Both the position numbers and the translations under genes were made by a program. Below the pieces are notes generated by a model, which saw only the letters and a program-made list of their open reading frames with translations, was not told where the DNA came from and did no database searches. From Dermatophilaceae bacterium (lineage in GTDB: Bacteria > Actinomycetota > Actinomycetes > Actinomycetales > Dermatophilaceae), in NCBI GenBank assembly GCA_035689185.1, contig DASSLY010000010.1, forward strand, positions 13,036-77,035: a DNA stretch of 64,000 bases. Direction: 5' to 3'. Within the stretch, counting starts at the first letter, position 1. Every line of letters begins with the position of its first letter. This document shows, in pieces, positions 33,682 through 44,132 of the stretch.

Positions 33682-35082
33682 GTGCCAGCAGACAGCTCCC
33701 CCGTTCGCAGTGCTCACCCGGCCCGTGGCCGGGCCGCCCCGCGAAGTGCCCTGGCGATCCTCGGCGCCGCCCTGGCCATCGGGTCCGGGGTGCCGCTGGC
33801 TCCCGTGGCCCAGGCCGCGCTGGCCCGGACCCTGCATGTCGCAACGACCGGGACGAGCACCGGAGACGGATCCGCTGCGCGTCCGTTCGCCACCGTGCAG
33901 CGTGGCGCCGACGTCGCCCGGCCAGGCGACACGATCCTGGTGCACCAGGGCACCTACCGGGGCGTGGTCATCATCACGCGCAGCGGGACGCAGGCCCAGC
34001 CCATCACGCTGACCTCGGCCGGTGACGGGCCGGTGACCCTCACCGCCGACTTCCGCAGTCCGCCCTGTGACGCCCACGCCCCCGCGCTGGACCGCACCAT
34101 CCAGGTGCTGGGGGGTGCCGACTACTGGACCGTCTCCCACCTGAACATCGTCAACGGCATCACCGTGAAGGGGGCCAACGGCAGCGCCGCGATGAAGTAC
34201 CTGACCCGTCTGGTGAACACCGGCGACTGGCAGGCGAGGCGGCGCATCCCGGGACGGGGCAGCAAGGACCCGGTCGCGGCGGCTTCGGCCTTCGACTATC
34301 TCAGCGCGAAGACCGGGGTGACCATCAACCCCTCCGACGGGCTGCGTTTCGTCGGCAACACCATCACGCGCCGGGGGATCCACATCATCGCGGCCCGCTA
34401 CGGCGAGGTGCGGAACAACGACATCGGCCCGGTCGACTGCGGGATCGGCCCCGGGGTATGGGTCAACGTTTTCAGCGACGGCTGGACGGTGGCGGGAAAC
34501 CACATCCACGACATAGCGGCATCCACCTTCAAGCACTACATGCAGGAGGGCATCAGGCTGGGCTCGGCCACGTCCTACGCCGCCGTGCGCAACAACCTGG
34601 TCGAGCACCTGCCCGGTGACGGCCGGGCCATGAACACCGATGTGGACGCCAGCTGGAACACCTTCCGGAACAACAGAGCCAACGACGTGGCCATGGGGTA
34701 CAACGACCAGATGTCCGGGTGGGGCAACGTCTGGGACCACAACGTGGCGTCCAACTTCCGGGTATGGGGCCTCAACTTCCGCGGCATCGACGCGTCCCTG
34801 CCGCAGCCCTCCCTGAACAGCAGCACCTACCTGGCCGTCGTGACCTGCAACACCGCGCTCGGCGGCCCGACCGACCCGATGGTGGGCGGTGGGCTGCACA
34901 TCGGCGCCGCCAAGTCCTCGACGTTCGCGAACAACACGCTCTCCAGCGCCGTCCTCGGCGACCCGGTCAACGGGTTCGACTACGTCCGGCAGTACTGGGG
35001 CCAGGAGGGCAACACCTGGGACGGTCAGCCGACCCCGCCGCCGCTCCACCCGGCGCCACCGCCGCCCGGCACGTGCGGCTAG
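33682..35082 (+). CDS. secreted right-handed parallel beta-helix (pectate-lyase-fold/NosD-like) protein
   Basis: GTG start. Signal-like 'RSALAILGAALAIGSGVPLAPVAQAA'. 'DGSAARPFATVQRGADVARPGDTILVHQGTYRG' is a typical beta-helix N-cap, followed by repeated 'N.I......GI' turns. Confidence 0.7.
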   Translation: MPADSSPVRSAHPARGRAAPRSALAILGAALAIGSGVPLAPVAQAALARTLHVATTGTSTGDGSAARPFATVQRGADVARPGDTILVHQGTYRGVVIITRSGTQAQPITLTSAGDGPVTLTADFRSPPCDAHAPALDRTIQVLGGADYWTVSHLNIVNGITVKGANGSAAMKYLTRLVNTGDWQARRRIPGRGSKDPVAAASAFDYLSAKTGVTINPSDGLRFVGNTITRRGIHIIAARYGEVRNNDIGPVDCGIGPGVWVNVFSDGWTVAGNHIHDIAASTFKHYMQEGIRLGSATSYAAVRNNLVEHLPGDGRAMNTDVDASWNTFRNNRANDVAMGYNDQMSGWGNVWDHNVASNFRVWGLNFRGIDASLPQPSLNSSTYLAVVTCNTALGGPTDPMVGGGLHIGAAKSSTFANNTLSSAVLGDPVNGFDYVRQYWGQEGNTWDGQPTPPPLHPAPPPPGTCG

Positions 35083-35654
35083 CCAGCCGGGGGGACACCC
35101 GGGCAGGCCGGCGCCTGCTGCCCGTCCTCACCCTCGTGGTGGCGCTCAGCGGCGCCGCCGCGTGCTCCTCCGCCTCCTCGGCGGGGTCCCCGTCCTCGGC
35201 GACGCCTTCGGTCAGCGCGCCCGCGGCGTCCGCCCGCTCCACGCCCCAGCGCGAGACACCGGCGACGGCCGCGGACCGGAAGCTCATCGCGGCCATGTAC
35301 GCGCGCATCAACGCCGCCTTCCGCAAGGACCCCAACGCGGGGGTTCGGGCCGTCATCGCGGCGCAGTACCCGGGTGCCGCGTCGGAGGTGGACTTCGCCC
35401 GCTGCGTGAACGCCATCCGGCCGGGAGCCAAGGAACTGCCGAAAGGCGTGGCGATCTCGTTCACCCCGAACATCAAGACCACGGTCCTGGAGCCCGGCTA
35501 CACCATCACGCTGCGCCGCGGCGGCCTGCTCCACCCGGAGGGTCGCATCTACTCCACCATGGTCGCCATATCCGGCACCGGCATCCGCGCTGCCAACCAC
35601 CAGCGACACCAGGTGGTCCGCAATGGCACGGCATACCAGTTCTCCTCCTGCTGA
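35073..35654 (+). CDS. lipoprotein of unknown function
   Basis: GTG 35073 gives 'VRLASRGDTRAGRRLLPVLTLVVALSGAAAC' (lipobox LSGAAAC), followed by a Ser/Ala/Pro linker. Overlaps the upstream gene's end by 10 nt. Confidence 0.55.
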   Translation: MRLASRGDTRAGRRLLPVLTLVVALSGAAACSSASSAGSPSSATPSVSAPAASARSTPQRETPATAADRKLIAAMYARINAAFRKDPNAGVRAVIAAQYPGAASEVDFARCVNAIRPGAKELPKGVAISFTPNIKTTVLEPGYTITLRRGGLLHPEGRIYSTMVAISGTGIRAANHQRHQVVRNGTAYQFSSC

Positions 35655-35690
35655 CCCGCCGCGACGTCCCCCGCAGGGTCCAACCGGTCC

Positions 35691-36092
35691 TCAGCGCGGC
35701 CCCCGGATACCGGAATCGAAGACCAGCCGCACAGCGGTCACCCGCCCGGACTGGACCACGACGGCGACCGCCTTCGCCGGGGTCGGGCTGTCCGCCGCCC
35801 GTCCCGTCAGCGCATACCGCCCGGGCGCGAGGCCGATGCGGAACTCACCGGCCGCATTGGTGTCCACCTCCGCCACCGCCTTGCCGTCCGGACCCTCGGC
35901 GAGAACGCTCACTCGGGCCACGACGGGGCGCGTCGGACAACTGGTCCCGGCCCGCAGGACAGGACAACCCCCGTCGATGAGGGCGATCCCGGAGACCCCG
36001 GTGACCGGGGCCCGCCCGGTGTCTGAGTAGCTGCCCGCGCAGCCCGCCAGGAGGAGCACCGCGGCCGCGAACGAACCTAGAAGTCGGGCCAC
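35691..36092 (-). CDS. lipoprotein with carboxypeptidase-regulatory-like (Ig-like) domain
   Basis: 'MARLLGSFAAAVLLLAGC' lipobox. 'TNAAGEFRIGLAPGRYALTG'. Confidence 0.6.
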   Translation of the reverse strand: MARLLGSFAAAVLLLAGCAGSYSDTGRAPVTGVSGIALIDGGCPVLRAGTSCPTRPVVARVSVLAEGPDGKAVAEVDTNAAGEFRIGLAPGRYALTGRAADSPTPAKAVAVVVQSGRVTAVRLVFDSGIRGPR

Positions 36093-36216
36093 CAGCCTTG
36101 GACGGCTGGCGCCGCAGGCCGGTTCCCGGCTGGGCCCCCGCGGCCTGGCGCTGCGTCAGCCCGGAATCTCTGCCATCGGGGGAGCGCCCGGCCGGTCGGA
36201 CGCTCCCCCACCCGGG

Positions 36217-37725
36217 CTACAGGCAGGCCGGACCCTCGCAGCCCGCTACAACCCGGTAGACCGCTCCGGTCCGGCCGGAGGGGATCCCCGTCTCGTTGCC
36301 GAGCAGGTAGAGCTCGCCGGCGTTGTCTTGCCCGACGCCATTGACGAAGATGTCCAGGTCGCCGTGGACCAGCTCCCGTATGCGGTTGGTGACGGGCGCG
36401 CTGGACGGGTCCGCCAGGATCGGACTCGGGATGGTGAACAGCCGTCCCTTGGCATTGGTGATGTCGCGGGAGTAGTCGCCGAACACGTAGCTGCCCCGCA
36501 ACGCCGGGATCGCGCTACCGCGGTAGACGAAGCCGCCTACGACGGCGTGGCCCTCGTCGTGGTCGTACTCGGCGACCGGATCGGTGAGGCCGACCGGCAT
36601 ACCGACGCTGTTGCGCACGACGAAGCCGTCGGTCGCGAACCCGAGCAGGGCGAACCCGGCCGGGTTGAAGATGAAGGTGCCCTCCTTGACCCGCCACCCG
36701 TAGTTGCGGCCGGCGACGACCTGGTCGACCTCCTCGACGTTGTTCTGGCCGACGTCGCCCGCGAACAGGCGGCCCGTGGCCTTGTCGAAGGAGAACCGGA
36801 ACGGGTTGCGCAGCCCGTAGGCGAAGATCTCGGCGAGGGCGCCCGCGCGGGCGACGAACGGGTTGTCCGCCGGGACCGTGTACTGCCCGTTGGCGGAGAG
36901 CCGCCCGGCGCGCCGGGCCGGGTCTATCCGGACAATCTTGCCCAGCAGGTTGCCGAGGAACTGGCTGTTGCCGGTGGGCTCGTGGTGGTACCGCGTGGGC
37001 GTCCCGTCGATGCCGATCTGGCAGTTCTGGTCGTCCTCGCCGCCGCCGTCGCCGAACGCGACATACAGGTTCCCGTCGGGGCCGAACTGCAGGCCGCCCC
37101 CCGTGTGGTTGAACTGGGGGTTGGCGACGGTGAGCACGACCCGGGACAGCCGTGGGCCTGCGGGGCCGTCGCGCCACTCCCGGACGACGTTGACATGGTC
37201 GGCCTTGAACGCCGACAGGGGCAGCGGACACCGCGGGTTGTTGTCGGCCGCCGACACGGAGCGGAAGTCCGGGTGCGGATGTGCCGCGGTGACCTCGGTG
37301 GTGAAGGTGTAGAACAGCCGGGAGGCGGCGAACTCGGGGTCGAAGGCGAGGCCGAGCAGGCCGCGCTCGTCATAGGTTCCCGGCCCGAAGATGCCGAGCC
37401 GGACCAACGGGACGCGCGCACGGACGTCCAGGAACAGCTGCGGTGGACCTCCCGCGGCGGAGACCCGGTAGATCTGACCGGGCTGGTCGGCGACATACAG
37501 GCTTCCGGGGACGCCCGGCGCGCTCGCCGCCGCGACCGGGGCGACCAACCCGTGGGCGACCGATCTCAACCCCACCTGGACTGCGCCCGGCTCGATCTGC
37601 CGGTGGATCGGGTCCTGCAGGCCCCGCGGCTCGCTCCCGGCGGCAGGGCTGACTGACAACCCGCCCACCGCCATCGCTCCCGCCACCACCGCGCACACCC
37701 CCACAGGGGGACGGAGTCGTCTCAT
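36217..37725 (-). CDS. secreted PQQ-dependent sugar dehydrogenase (soluble glucose/sorbosone dehydrogenase family beta-propeller)
   Basis: 502 aa with a signal peptide. 'ERGLLGLAFDPEF', 'NHTGGGLQFGPDGNLYVAFGDGG' and 'EIFAYGLRNPFRFSFD'. Confidence 0.8.
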   Translation of the reverse strand: MRRLRPPVGVCAVVAGAMAVGGLSVSPAAGSEPRGLQDPIHRQIEPGAVQVGLRSVAHGLVAPVAAASAPGVPGSLYVADQPGQIYRVSAAGGPPQLFLDVRARVPLVRLGIFGPGTYDERGLLGLAFDPEFAASRLFYTFTTEVTAAHPHPDFRSVSAADNNPRCPLPLSAFKADHVNVVREWRDGPAGPRLSRVVLTVANPQFNHTGGGLQFGPDGNLYVAFGDGGGEDDQNCQIGIDGTPTRYHHEPTGNSQFLGNLLGKIVRIDPARRAGRLSANGQYTVPADNPFVARAGALAEIFAYGLRNPFRFSFDKATGRLFAGDVGQNNVEEVDQVVAGRNYGWRVKEGTFIFNPAGFALLGFATDGFVVRNSVGMPVGLTDPVAEYDHDEGHAVVGGFVYRGSAIPALRGSYVFGDYSRDITNAKGRLFTIPSPILADPSSAPVTNRIRELVHGDLDIFVNGVGQDNAGELYLLGNETGIPSGRTGAVYRVVAGCEGPACL

Positions 37726-37914
37726 GGCAGCTGTGCCTCCCTATCGTCGGTCCACCGGGTCGGCCCCGGTGGCGTTGCCCACCGGCTTGACTGCCACCCG
37801 TGCCAGCGCCGTTGGACCGCCGCCAGGCTTAGTCCCGCGCGATGGCGGGTCACAACTGCCCAATGGTGCTAGTACCCGAGTTGAGCCACCGCGGACTGGG
37901 TGGATGATCGTGCA

Positions 37915-38850
37915 ATGACGCAGACTGCATGGAGCCAGACGGATCTCATCCGGGAGCTGAACCAGGTCGTCGAAGTGGAGCTGGAACGCCATCTCAAGGT
38001 GGCCAAGGAGTGGTTCCCCCATGACTACGTCCCGTGGTCCGACGGCCGCAACTTCGACGGCCTGATGGGGGGCGACCCGTGGAGCCCGGACGACGCGCCG
38101 CTGTCCGACGTGGCCCGGTCGGCGCTGATCGTCAACCTGCTGACCGAGGACAACCTGCCCAGCTACCACCACGAGATCGCGCTCATCTTCGGCCGTGACG
38201 ACGCCTGGGGCGAGTGGGTGCACCGGTGGACGGCGGAGGAGGGCCGCCACGGGATCGTCATGCGCGACTACATGCTCGTCAAGCGGATGGTGGACCCCGT
38301 CGAGCTCGAACGGCTGCGCATGTCCCACATGTCGGAGGGATACGAGTCCGCGCATTCCGGTGAGCTGCTGCACTCCCTGGCGTACGTGTCCTTCCAGGAG
38401 CTGGCGACCCGGGTCTCGCACCGCAACACGGGCCGGTTCACCAACGACCCCATGTGCGAGCGCCTGCTGACCCGCGTCGCCGCCGACGAGAACCTGCACA
38501 TGATCTTCTACCGCAACCTGCTCAACGCGGCGTTGCAGATCGACCCGAACCAGACGGTCGCGGCCATCCTGGACGTGGTGCAGCACTTCCAGATGCCCGG
38601 CGTGGGAATCCCCGGCTTCCAGCGCAAGGCGATGGAGATGGCCGTGCAGGGCATCTACGACCTGCGCCAGCACAAGGACGAGGTGCTCGCACCTGTCCTA
38701 CGGTTCTGGCAGGTCTTTGACCTGGAGGGGCTGAACAGTCAGGGAGAGCAGGCGCGAACCGAGCTGGCGGCCTTTATGGACAACCTGGAACGGCAGGCCT
38801 CCCGATTCGAGGACAAGCGGGAGACCATGAAGGCGCGGATGTTCGGCTAG
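37915..38850 (+). CDS. acyl-ACP desaturase (soluble di-iron desaturase, DesA1/DesA2-like)
   Basis: ATG 37915. 'NLLTEDNLPSYH', 'WTAEEGRHG', 'FQELATRVSHRN' and 'VAADENLHMIFY' (EXXH di-iron motifs). Confidence 0.85.
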   Translation: MTQTAWSQTDLIRELNQVVEVELERHLKVAKEWFPHDYVPWSDGRNFDGLMGGDPWSPDDAPLSDVARSALIVNLLTEDNLPSYHHEIALIFGRDDAWGEWVHRWTAEEGRHGIVMRDYMLVKRMVDPVELERLRMSHMSEGYESAHSGELLHSLAYVSFQELATRVSHRNTGRFTNDPMCERLLTRVAADENLHMIFYRNLLNAALQIDPNQTVAAILDVVQHFQMPGVGIPGFQRKAMEMAVQGIYDLRQHKDEVLAPVLRFWQVFDLEGLNSQGEQARTELAAFMDNLERQASRFEDKRETMKARMFG

Positions 38851-38866
38851 GACCGGGGTCCTGCTC

Positions 38867-40408
38867 GTGGACCGGCCCGCCGGCATTGCGGGGGTGGTCG
38901 CGGCGCTGTCCGTGACCAGCGATCTGGCCCGCGGGCACCCGCCGGGTGAGGCGATGCGGGCGTGCCTGCTCGCAACCGAGCTGGCGCGTCGGGCCGGGCT
39001 CCCCGAACACGAGCTCACTGTCGTCTACTACACCACCCTGCTGCGTTTCGCCGGATGCGCGGCGACCTCGCACGAGGCCGCCGCGGCGCTGGGCGGCGAC
39101 GACATAGCGGTCCGGGCCAAGGGCGACCTGACCGACCTGTCCCGGCCCGAGGAGGCGCTGGCCTTCCTCACCGGGCTGGGCGTCGACGCAACCCGGCTCA
39201 CCTCGTTGGGCGGCCCGGCCGGGTTGGCGAGGCTGTATGCGGAGTCGATGCGCGCCGACTGCGAGGTCGGCGCCGACCTGACCCGGCGGCTGCGGCTGCC
39301 GGCGGAGGTGAGCCGCGCCGTCCTCGACGGCTTCGAGCGGTATGACGGGCAGGGCGCGCCCGCGGGGAAGGCCGGCACGGACGTCGCCCAGGCGGCGCGG
39401 TACGCCGCCGTCGGCTATGCGGCGGTCATGTTCGACGCCGTCGGCGGTTCCGAGCTGGCCGTCGAGACCGTCGCCCGCTGGTCCGGACGAGCGCTGGACC
39501 CGATGATCACGGCTGTCTTCTCGGAAGCGCCGGCGGAGCTGCTGGCGCTCTCCGACCCCGACGAGGTGTGGGCCCCCGTCGTCGACGACGAGCCGATGCC
39601 CCGGCGAACATTCCGCGACGAAGCCGACCTGGATGAGGCGCTCGCCGGGTTCGGCGACGCCGCCGACCTGAAGACCCCGTGGTTCCACGGGCACTCTCGC
39701 GGGGTCGCGGAACTGGTCCGGGCCGCGGCGTCGCGAGTGACGGGGAGCTCGCGGCTCGCCGCGGCCGACCCCGCGCTGCTGCGTCGGGCCGGGTTCGTGC
39801 ACGACCTCGGCCGCGGCACGGTCCCGACCGGCGTGTGGGAACGGCCGGGACCCCTGCGCCCGCAGGAGTGGGAGCTGGTACGCCTGCATCCCTACCACTC
39901 CGCCCGGATCCTGTCCCGCTCCCCGGTGCTGTCGCCCATGGCGGGCATCGTGAGCCGCCACCACGAGCGCACCGATGGCTCCGGCTACCCCGCCGGGGTC
40001 CACGGCTCGGAACTGGATGCCCCCTCGTGCCTGCTGGCAGCGGCCGACGCGTTCCACACCCTCGGCGAGCCGCGGCCGCATCGCCCCCGGCTGGACCCCG
40101 CGGCGGCCGCCCGGGCGCTGTCCGCGCTGCCGCTGGACCGAGACGCCGTCCGGGCCGTGCTCGAGGCCGCCGACGCCCCGCGGCCACCGTCACCGGCGCT
40201 GCCAGCAGCCCTGACCGAGCGGGAGCTGGACGTCCTGCGCCTGCTCGTCTCGGGACGCACCAAGCGCCAGGTCGCGGCGGAGCTGGTGGTCTCTCACTCG
40301 ACCGTGCACACCCACACGGTGCACATCTACGGCAAGTGCCGCGTCTCCACCCGGGCCGGCCTGGCGATGTTCGCGATGCAGCACGGGCTGGTGCCCCGGC
40401 CCGGGTGA
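38867..40408 (+). CDS. HD/HD-GYP domain protein fused to a LuxR-type C-terminal HTH
   Basis: 513 aa. 'HGHSRGVAELV', 'GFVHDLGRGTVP' and 'HHERTDGSGYPAG' (HD-GYP). C-terminal 'LTERELDVLRLLVSGRTKRQVAAELVVSHSTVHTHTVHIYGKCRVSTRAGL'. Confidence 0.8.
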   Translation: MDRPAGIAGVVAALSVTSDLARGHPPGEAMRACLLATELARRAGLPEHELTVVYYTTLLRFAGCAATSHEAAAALGGDDIAVRAKGDLTDLSRPEEALAFLTGLGVDATRLTSLGGPAGLARLYAESMRADCEVGADLTRRLRLPAEVSRAVLDGFERYDGQGAPAGKAGTDVAQAARYAAVGYAAVMFDAVGGSELAVETVARWSGRALDPMITAVFSEAPAELLALSDPDEVWAPVVDDEPMPRRTFRDEADLDEALAGFGDAADLKTPWFHGHSRGVAELVRAAASRVTGSSRLAAADPALLRRAGFVHDLGRGTVPTGVWERPGPLRPQEWELVRLHPYHSARILSRSPVLSPMAGIVSRHHERTDGSGYPAGVHGSELDAPSCLLAAADAFHTLGEPRPHRPRLDPAAAARALSALPLDRDAVRAVLEAADAPRPPSPALPAALTERELDVLRLLVSGRTKRQVAAELVVSHSTVHTHTVHIYGKCRVSTRAGLAMFAMQHGLVPRPG

Positions 40409-40504
40409 GCCTGCGCCTGAAGATCGATCGAACAGTCGACGCGCGGGGCCGTGCCTCCTCCATACCGTTGCCAGTCACCAACCCTTGTCAAGGAGGTACC
40501 CACC

Positions 40505-40915
40505 ATGACCACCCTCACCGACCCTGGCACCGACATCGGCGTGGTCCGCTCAGCCTTCGCGGCTCTCGGGCGGGGCGACGTCGCGGGGTTCGCCGACATG
40601 TTCCACCCCGAGGCAACCTGGAACCACCGCAACCAGGACCGTCTCGGCGGAGTGCACGTCGGCAGGGACGGCATCATCGAGTTCGTCACCCAGTCAGCCC
40701 AGCTGACCGGCGGAACACTGCGCCCGGTGCCGCAGGTCTTCATGTCCGACGGCCAGGGCACCGTCTCGGTCGTCGTGCAGGTCAGCGGCACCCGCCCGGA
40801 CGGCCGGGCGTTCGACGACCTCCAGATGCTGCTGCTCAGCGTCGATGACTCCCATGTCCGTCGCGTCGACCAGTTCGTCGGGAACCCCAGCGCCGTCAAG
40901 GCGTTCTGGGCCTGA
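40505..40915 (+). CDS. SnoaL-like / NTF2-fold protein
   Basis: ATG 40505 follows AAGGAGG. 'VVRSAFAALGRGDVAGFADMFHPEATW'. Confidence 0.65.
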   Translation: MTTLTDPGTDIGVVRSAFAALGRGDVAGFADMFHPEATWNHRNQDRLGGVHVGRDGIIEFVTQSAQLTGGTLRPVPQVFMSDGQGTVSVVVQVSGTRPDGRAFDDLQMLLLSVDDSHVRRVDQFVGNPSAVKAFWA

Positions 40916-41008
40916 CACGCGGCGCCCCGGCCGCGCAGAAATCCCCGCGGGGGCCGCGTACTGTGGACCCACGAAGCCGTCCCCAGGCTTCCAACCCAGG
41001 GAGTCACC

Positions 41009-41143
41009 ATGGCTGACAAGTCCCCACGGCAGCACTTGGCCAAGAAGTCCGGGAAGTCCCTCAAGGAGAAGCGCGCGGAGAAGCACGCCAAGTCCGACGC
41101 GAAGAGCCACATCGACCTGGGCGGGATCGCCAGGAAGCGCTGA
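41009..41143 (+). CDS. small (44 aa) highly basic protein of unknown function
   Basis: Below the ORF-track length cutoff. ATG 41009 follows AGGGAG. 'MADKSPRQHLAKKSGKSLKEKRAEKHAKSDAKSHIDLGGIARKR*'. Its Lys-rich composition is atypical of GC-rich shadow frames. Confidence 0.45.
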   Translation: MADKSPRQHLAKKSGKSLKEKRAEKHAKSDAKSHIDLGGIARKR

Positions 41144-41154
41144 CCGCCCTGCCC

Positions 41155-41973
41155 GTGAGGATCCGGCTGGGATACGACATCGGTTACCGGCTCCAGCAGC
41201 CGACACCGATGATCGCCACTCTCAACGTGCACTACTCCCGCGCCGGCGACCTGGAGTCTCCGGACACGATGGCGACCCAACCGTCGACGCCGTTCACCTC
41301 CTACCGCGACGACTTCGGCAACTGGATCAACCGGCTCACCGCACCGGCAGGCCTGTTCACGATCCGAGCCGACACCGTGATCAGGGACCCAGGCACGCCC
41401 GACGCCACCCCTAACGGCGGCGCACAGCTACCGGTGGAGGACCTGCCGCCGGACGTCCTGGTGTACCTGCTGGGGAGCCGCTACTGCGAGACCGACCTGC
41501 TCACCGAGGCGGCGTGGGACCACTTCGCCTCGACGCCGCCCGGCTGGGAGCGGGTCCAGGCGATCAGCTCGTTCGTGCACCAGCACATCACCTTCGACTA
41601 CTTCTCGGCCCGGCCCTCGATGACGGCGCTCGACGTCTTCAACGACCGGCGCGGGGTGTGCCGCGACTTCGCCCACCTCGGTGTGGCGCTGTGTCGGGCC
41701 ATGAACATTCCGGCCCGCTACTGCACGGGGTACCTCGGCGACATCGGCGTCCCCCCCGCCGCGGACCCGATGGACTTCTCCGGCTGGTTCGAGGTCTACC
41801 TCCAGGACGGCTGGTTCGTCGTGGATCCGCGCAACCTCATCCCCCGCATCGGCCGCATCCTTATCGCCCGGGGCCGGGACGCCGCCGACGTGGCGATCAC
41901 CACGTCGTTCGGACCGAACCTGCTCGACCATTTCACCGTCTGGACCGACGAGCTGACGCGGACGCCGCGGTAG
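41155..41973 (+). CDS. transglutaminase-like cysteine protease family protein
   Basis: 272 aa. 'GVCRDFAHLGVALCRAMNIPARYCTGY' (catalytic Cys context) and 'FSGWFEVYLQDGWFVVDPRN' (His/Asp context). Confidence 0.8.
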   Translation: MRIRLGYDIGYRLQQPTPMIATLNVHYSRAGDLESPDTMATQPSTPFTSYRDDFGNWINRLTAPAGLFTIRADTVIRDPGTPDATPNGGAQLPVEDLPPDVLVYLLGSRYCETDLLTEAAWDHFASTPPGWERVQAISSFVHQHITFDYFSARPSMTALDVFNDRRGVCRDFAHLGVALCRAMNIPARYCTGYLGDIGVPPAADPMDFSGWFEVYLQDGWFVVDPRNLIPRIGRILIARGRDAADVAITTSFGPNLLDHFTVWTDELTRTPR

Positions 41974-42027
41974 TGCTCGGCCACCACCCCGGGGCCGAGC
42001 GCGGACGGACAGGCGGTGGCCGTGACC

Positions 42028-44010
42028 TCACCCCCCGACGTGGATCGCCGGCCGCTTCGCGGCCTGCGGTTCGACCTTGCGGATGATCTCCCGCACGACC
42101 GGGGGCGTGTCGCCCTGGCCAAGGATGAGGTATCTGAGTAGGTGCAGCAGGGGCGAGCCCTCGGACCACTCGAAGTGGCAGTGCGGGCGCACGCCGGTGG
42201 CATCGCGCAGCGCAAGCAGGACGGCGGCTATGGCGTTGGGAGCGGCCGGGCTGGCCAGCCGCAGGATCCGGTGACCGTTGACCTCCACGCCGCGGACCTG
42301 CAGGACGTCGCTGAACTCCGAGGGGTCATCGATGTCGACCTCGAGGAACAGCACGTCGGCACGCCCCGGCAGGGGGTTCATTCCCCGCTGCTCAGCCTCC
42401 TTGGCGGCATACTCCCGGTCGTCTCCGGACTGCCGCTTGTTCGCCACGAGGTGCAGCGCCCCGTCATGGGCGAGCGAGTCCTGGATGAACTGCCGCGCCA
42501 GCGGGTCGAACTCGATGTGATCGACCCGCAGCTCGGTGGTCCGGGCCACTCGGGAGATCAAGGACACCAGGACGATGCCCACGATGAAGGCGAAGGAGAT
42601 CGTTATCCCGTCCGGCTTCTCGATGACGTTGTCCGCCAGTGCGTACAGCAGCAACAGCGACAGCGTCGCAAAGCCCACGGTCGCCCGCCGCTGCCCGCGA
42701 CGGCGGGCTGACAGGGTGACGGCCGCGGCGCCGGAGACCATCATCGCCAGGATGCCCGTGGCGTAGGCACCAGCCTGGGCGTTGACGTCGGCGGCGAACA
42801 CCACGGTGAGCGCGATGCAGACGGTCGTGTAGACCAGCACCACCGGCCGCACGGCGCGGCCCCACTCCGGTGCCATCCCGTAGGCGGGAAGATAGCGCGG
42901 GACGATGTTGATCAGGCCGGCCATGGCGGAGGCCCCGGCGAACCACAGGATGAGAATCGTGCTGATGTCGTATGCGGTGCCGAAAACCTCACCGAGCCGC
43001 TCGTGGGCGAGGTAGGCCAGTGCCCGCCCGTTCGCGCGCCCCCCGGCCTGGAACTGCGAGCTGGGAACGAGCACGGTGGTGACGAAGCTGGTGGCGACCA
43101 GGAAGACCGACATGATGACCGCCGCGGTGGCCAGCAGCTTGCGGGTGTTGCGCACCCGGGCGGCGACCCGCTCCTCGGCGCTGGACCCCTCGGCCGCGAT
43201 CAGCGGCATCATGCTCACCCCCGTCTCGAAGCCGGACAACCCCAGCACCAGCAACGGGAAGGCCAGGACCACCGGTCCCAGGTTGCCGGCGAAACCGCCG
43301 GGACCAGAGGCCAGCGCCTGGGTCCACGACGACCAGGTGGCCGGGTTCCCGAGGACGCCGATCACGCCGCTGACCACGACCACAGCGTTCAGCGCCAGGA
43401 ACACCGCGACCAGCGGGATCGCGACTGCCACGGCCTCGCCGAAGCCGAGCAGGAACACGCCGCCAAGGATCAGCAGCAGGAACACCGTGATCACCACGGG
43501 GTGCCCGTGCAGGGCGTCGGGAAAGGCGGGGCTCTCCAGGATGTGGACTGACGCGTCGGCGGCCGACAACGTGATCGTGATGATCCACGACGTGGCAACG
43601 AAACCCAGCAGGACCAGCACGAAGAACTTGCCGCGCCAAAAGGGAAGGGCGCCCTCCAACATGGCCACCGAGCCCTGGCCGTGCGGGCTTTCCTGTGCGA
43701 CCCGGGCGTACATCGGCAGCATCCCGAGCAGGGTCAACGCCACGATCAGCAACGTGGCCAGCGGCGACAAGGCGCCGGCCGCCAGAGCGGCGATGCCGGG
43801 CAGGTAGGCCAGGGTCGAGAAGTAGTCCACCCCGGTGAGGCACATGACCTTCCACCACGTCTGCGGAGGGGCGTGGTCCTCGGCAGCCTCCGGGCCGATC
43901 GGCTGCACGCGGTCTTTCAACAGCCACCGGGTCAGCGGCCGTTGGTGGGTGTTCGGGCCGGCGGGGCTGCGTACCAGTTCCGGCATGGTGACGCCGTCGC
44001 TCGGTGGCAT
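42028..44010 (-). CDS. APC-superfamily-like polytopic permease with C-terminal cytoplasmic domain
   Basis: 660 aa. About 12 hydrophobic segments followed by a soluble domain of about 190 aa. Overlapping ORFs are Arg-rich shadows. Confidence 0.6.
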   Translation of the reverse strand: MPPSDGVTMPELVRSPAGPNTHQRPLTRWLLKDRVQPIGPEAAEDHAPPQTWWKVMCLTGVDYFSTLAYLPGIAALAAGALSPLATLLIVALTLLGMLPMYARVAQESPHGQGSVAMLEGALPFWRGKFFVLVLLGFVATSWIITITLSAADASVHILESPAFPDALHGHPVVITVFLLLILGGVFLLGFGEAVAVAIPLVAVFLALNAVVVVSGVIGVLGNPATWSSWTQALASGPGGFAGNLGPVVLAFPLLVLGLSGFETGVSMMPLIAAEGSSAEERVAARVRNTRKLLATAAVIMSVFLVATSFVTTVLVPSSQFQAGGRANGRALAYLAHERLGEVFGTAYDISTILILWFAGASAMAGLINIVPRYLPAYGMAPEWGRAVRPVVLVYTTVCIALTVVFAADVNAQAGAYATGILAMMVSGAAAVTLSARRRGQRRATVGFATLSLLLLYALADNVIEKPDGITISFAFIVGIVLVSLISRVARTTELRVDHIEFDPLARQFIQDSLAHDGALHLVANKRQSGDDREYAAKEAEQRGMNPLPGRADVLFLEVDIDDPSEFSDVLQVRGVEVNGHRILRLASPAAPNAIAAVLLALRDATGVRPHCHFEWSEGSPLLHLLRYLILGQGDTPPVVREIIRKVEPQAAKRPAIHVGG

Positions 44011-44132
44011 GTCGTCTCCCTGGCAGGCGGCAATGTGCTCCTACCCTACGACCGGGCAGAGGGGTCGACCCCTGTCGCACGTCCGCGGGGCCTCACGTCG
44101 CGACCTCGGGCCCGGGCCCCGATGATGAGGTC

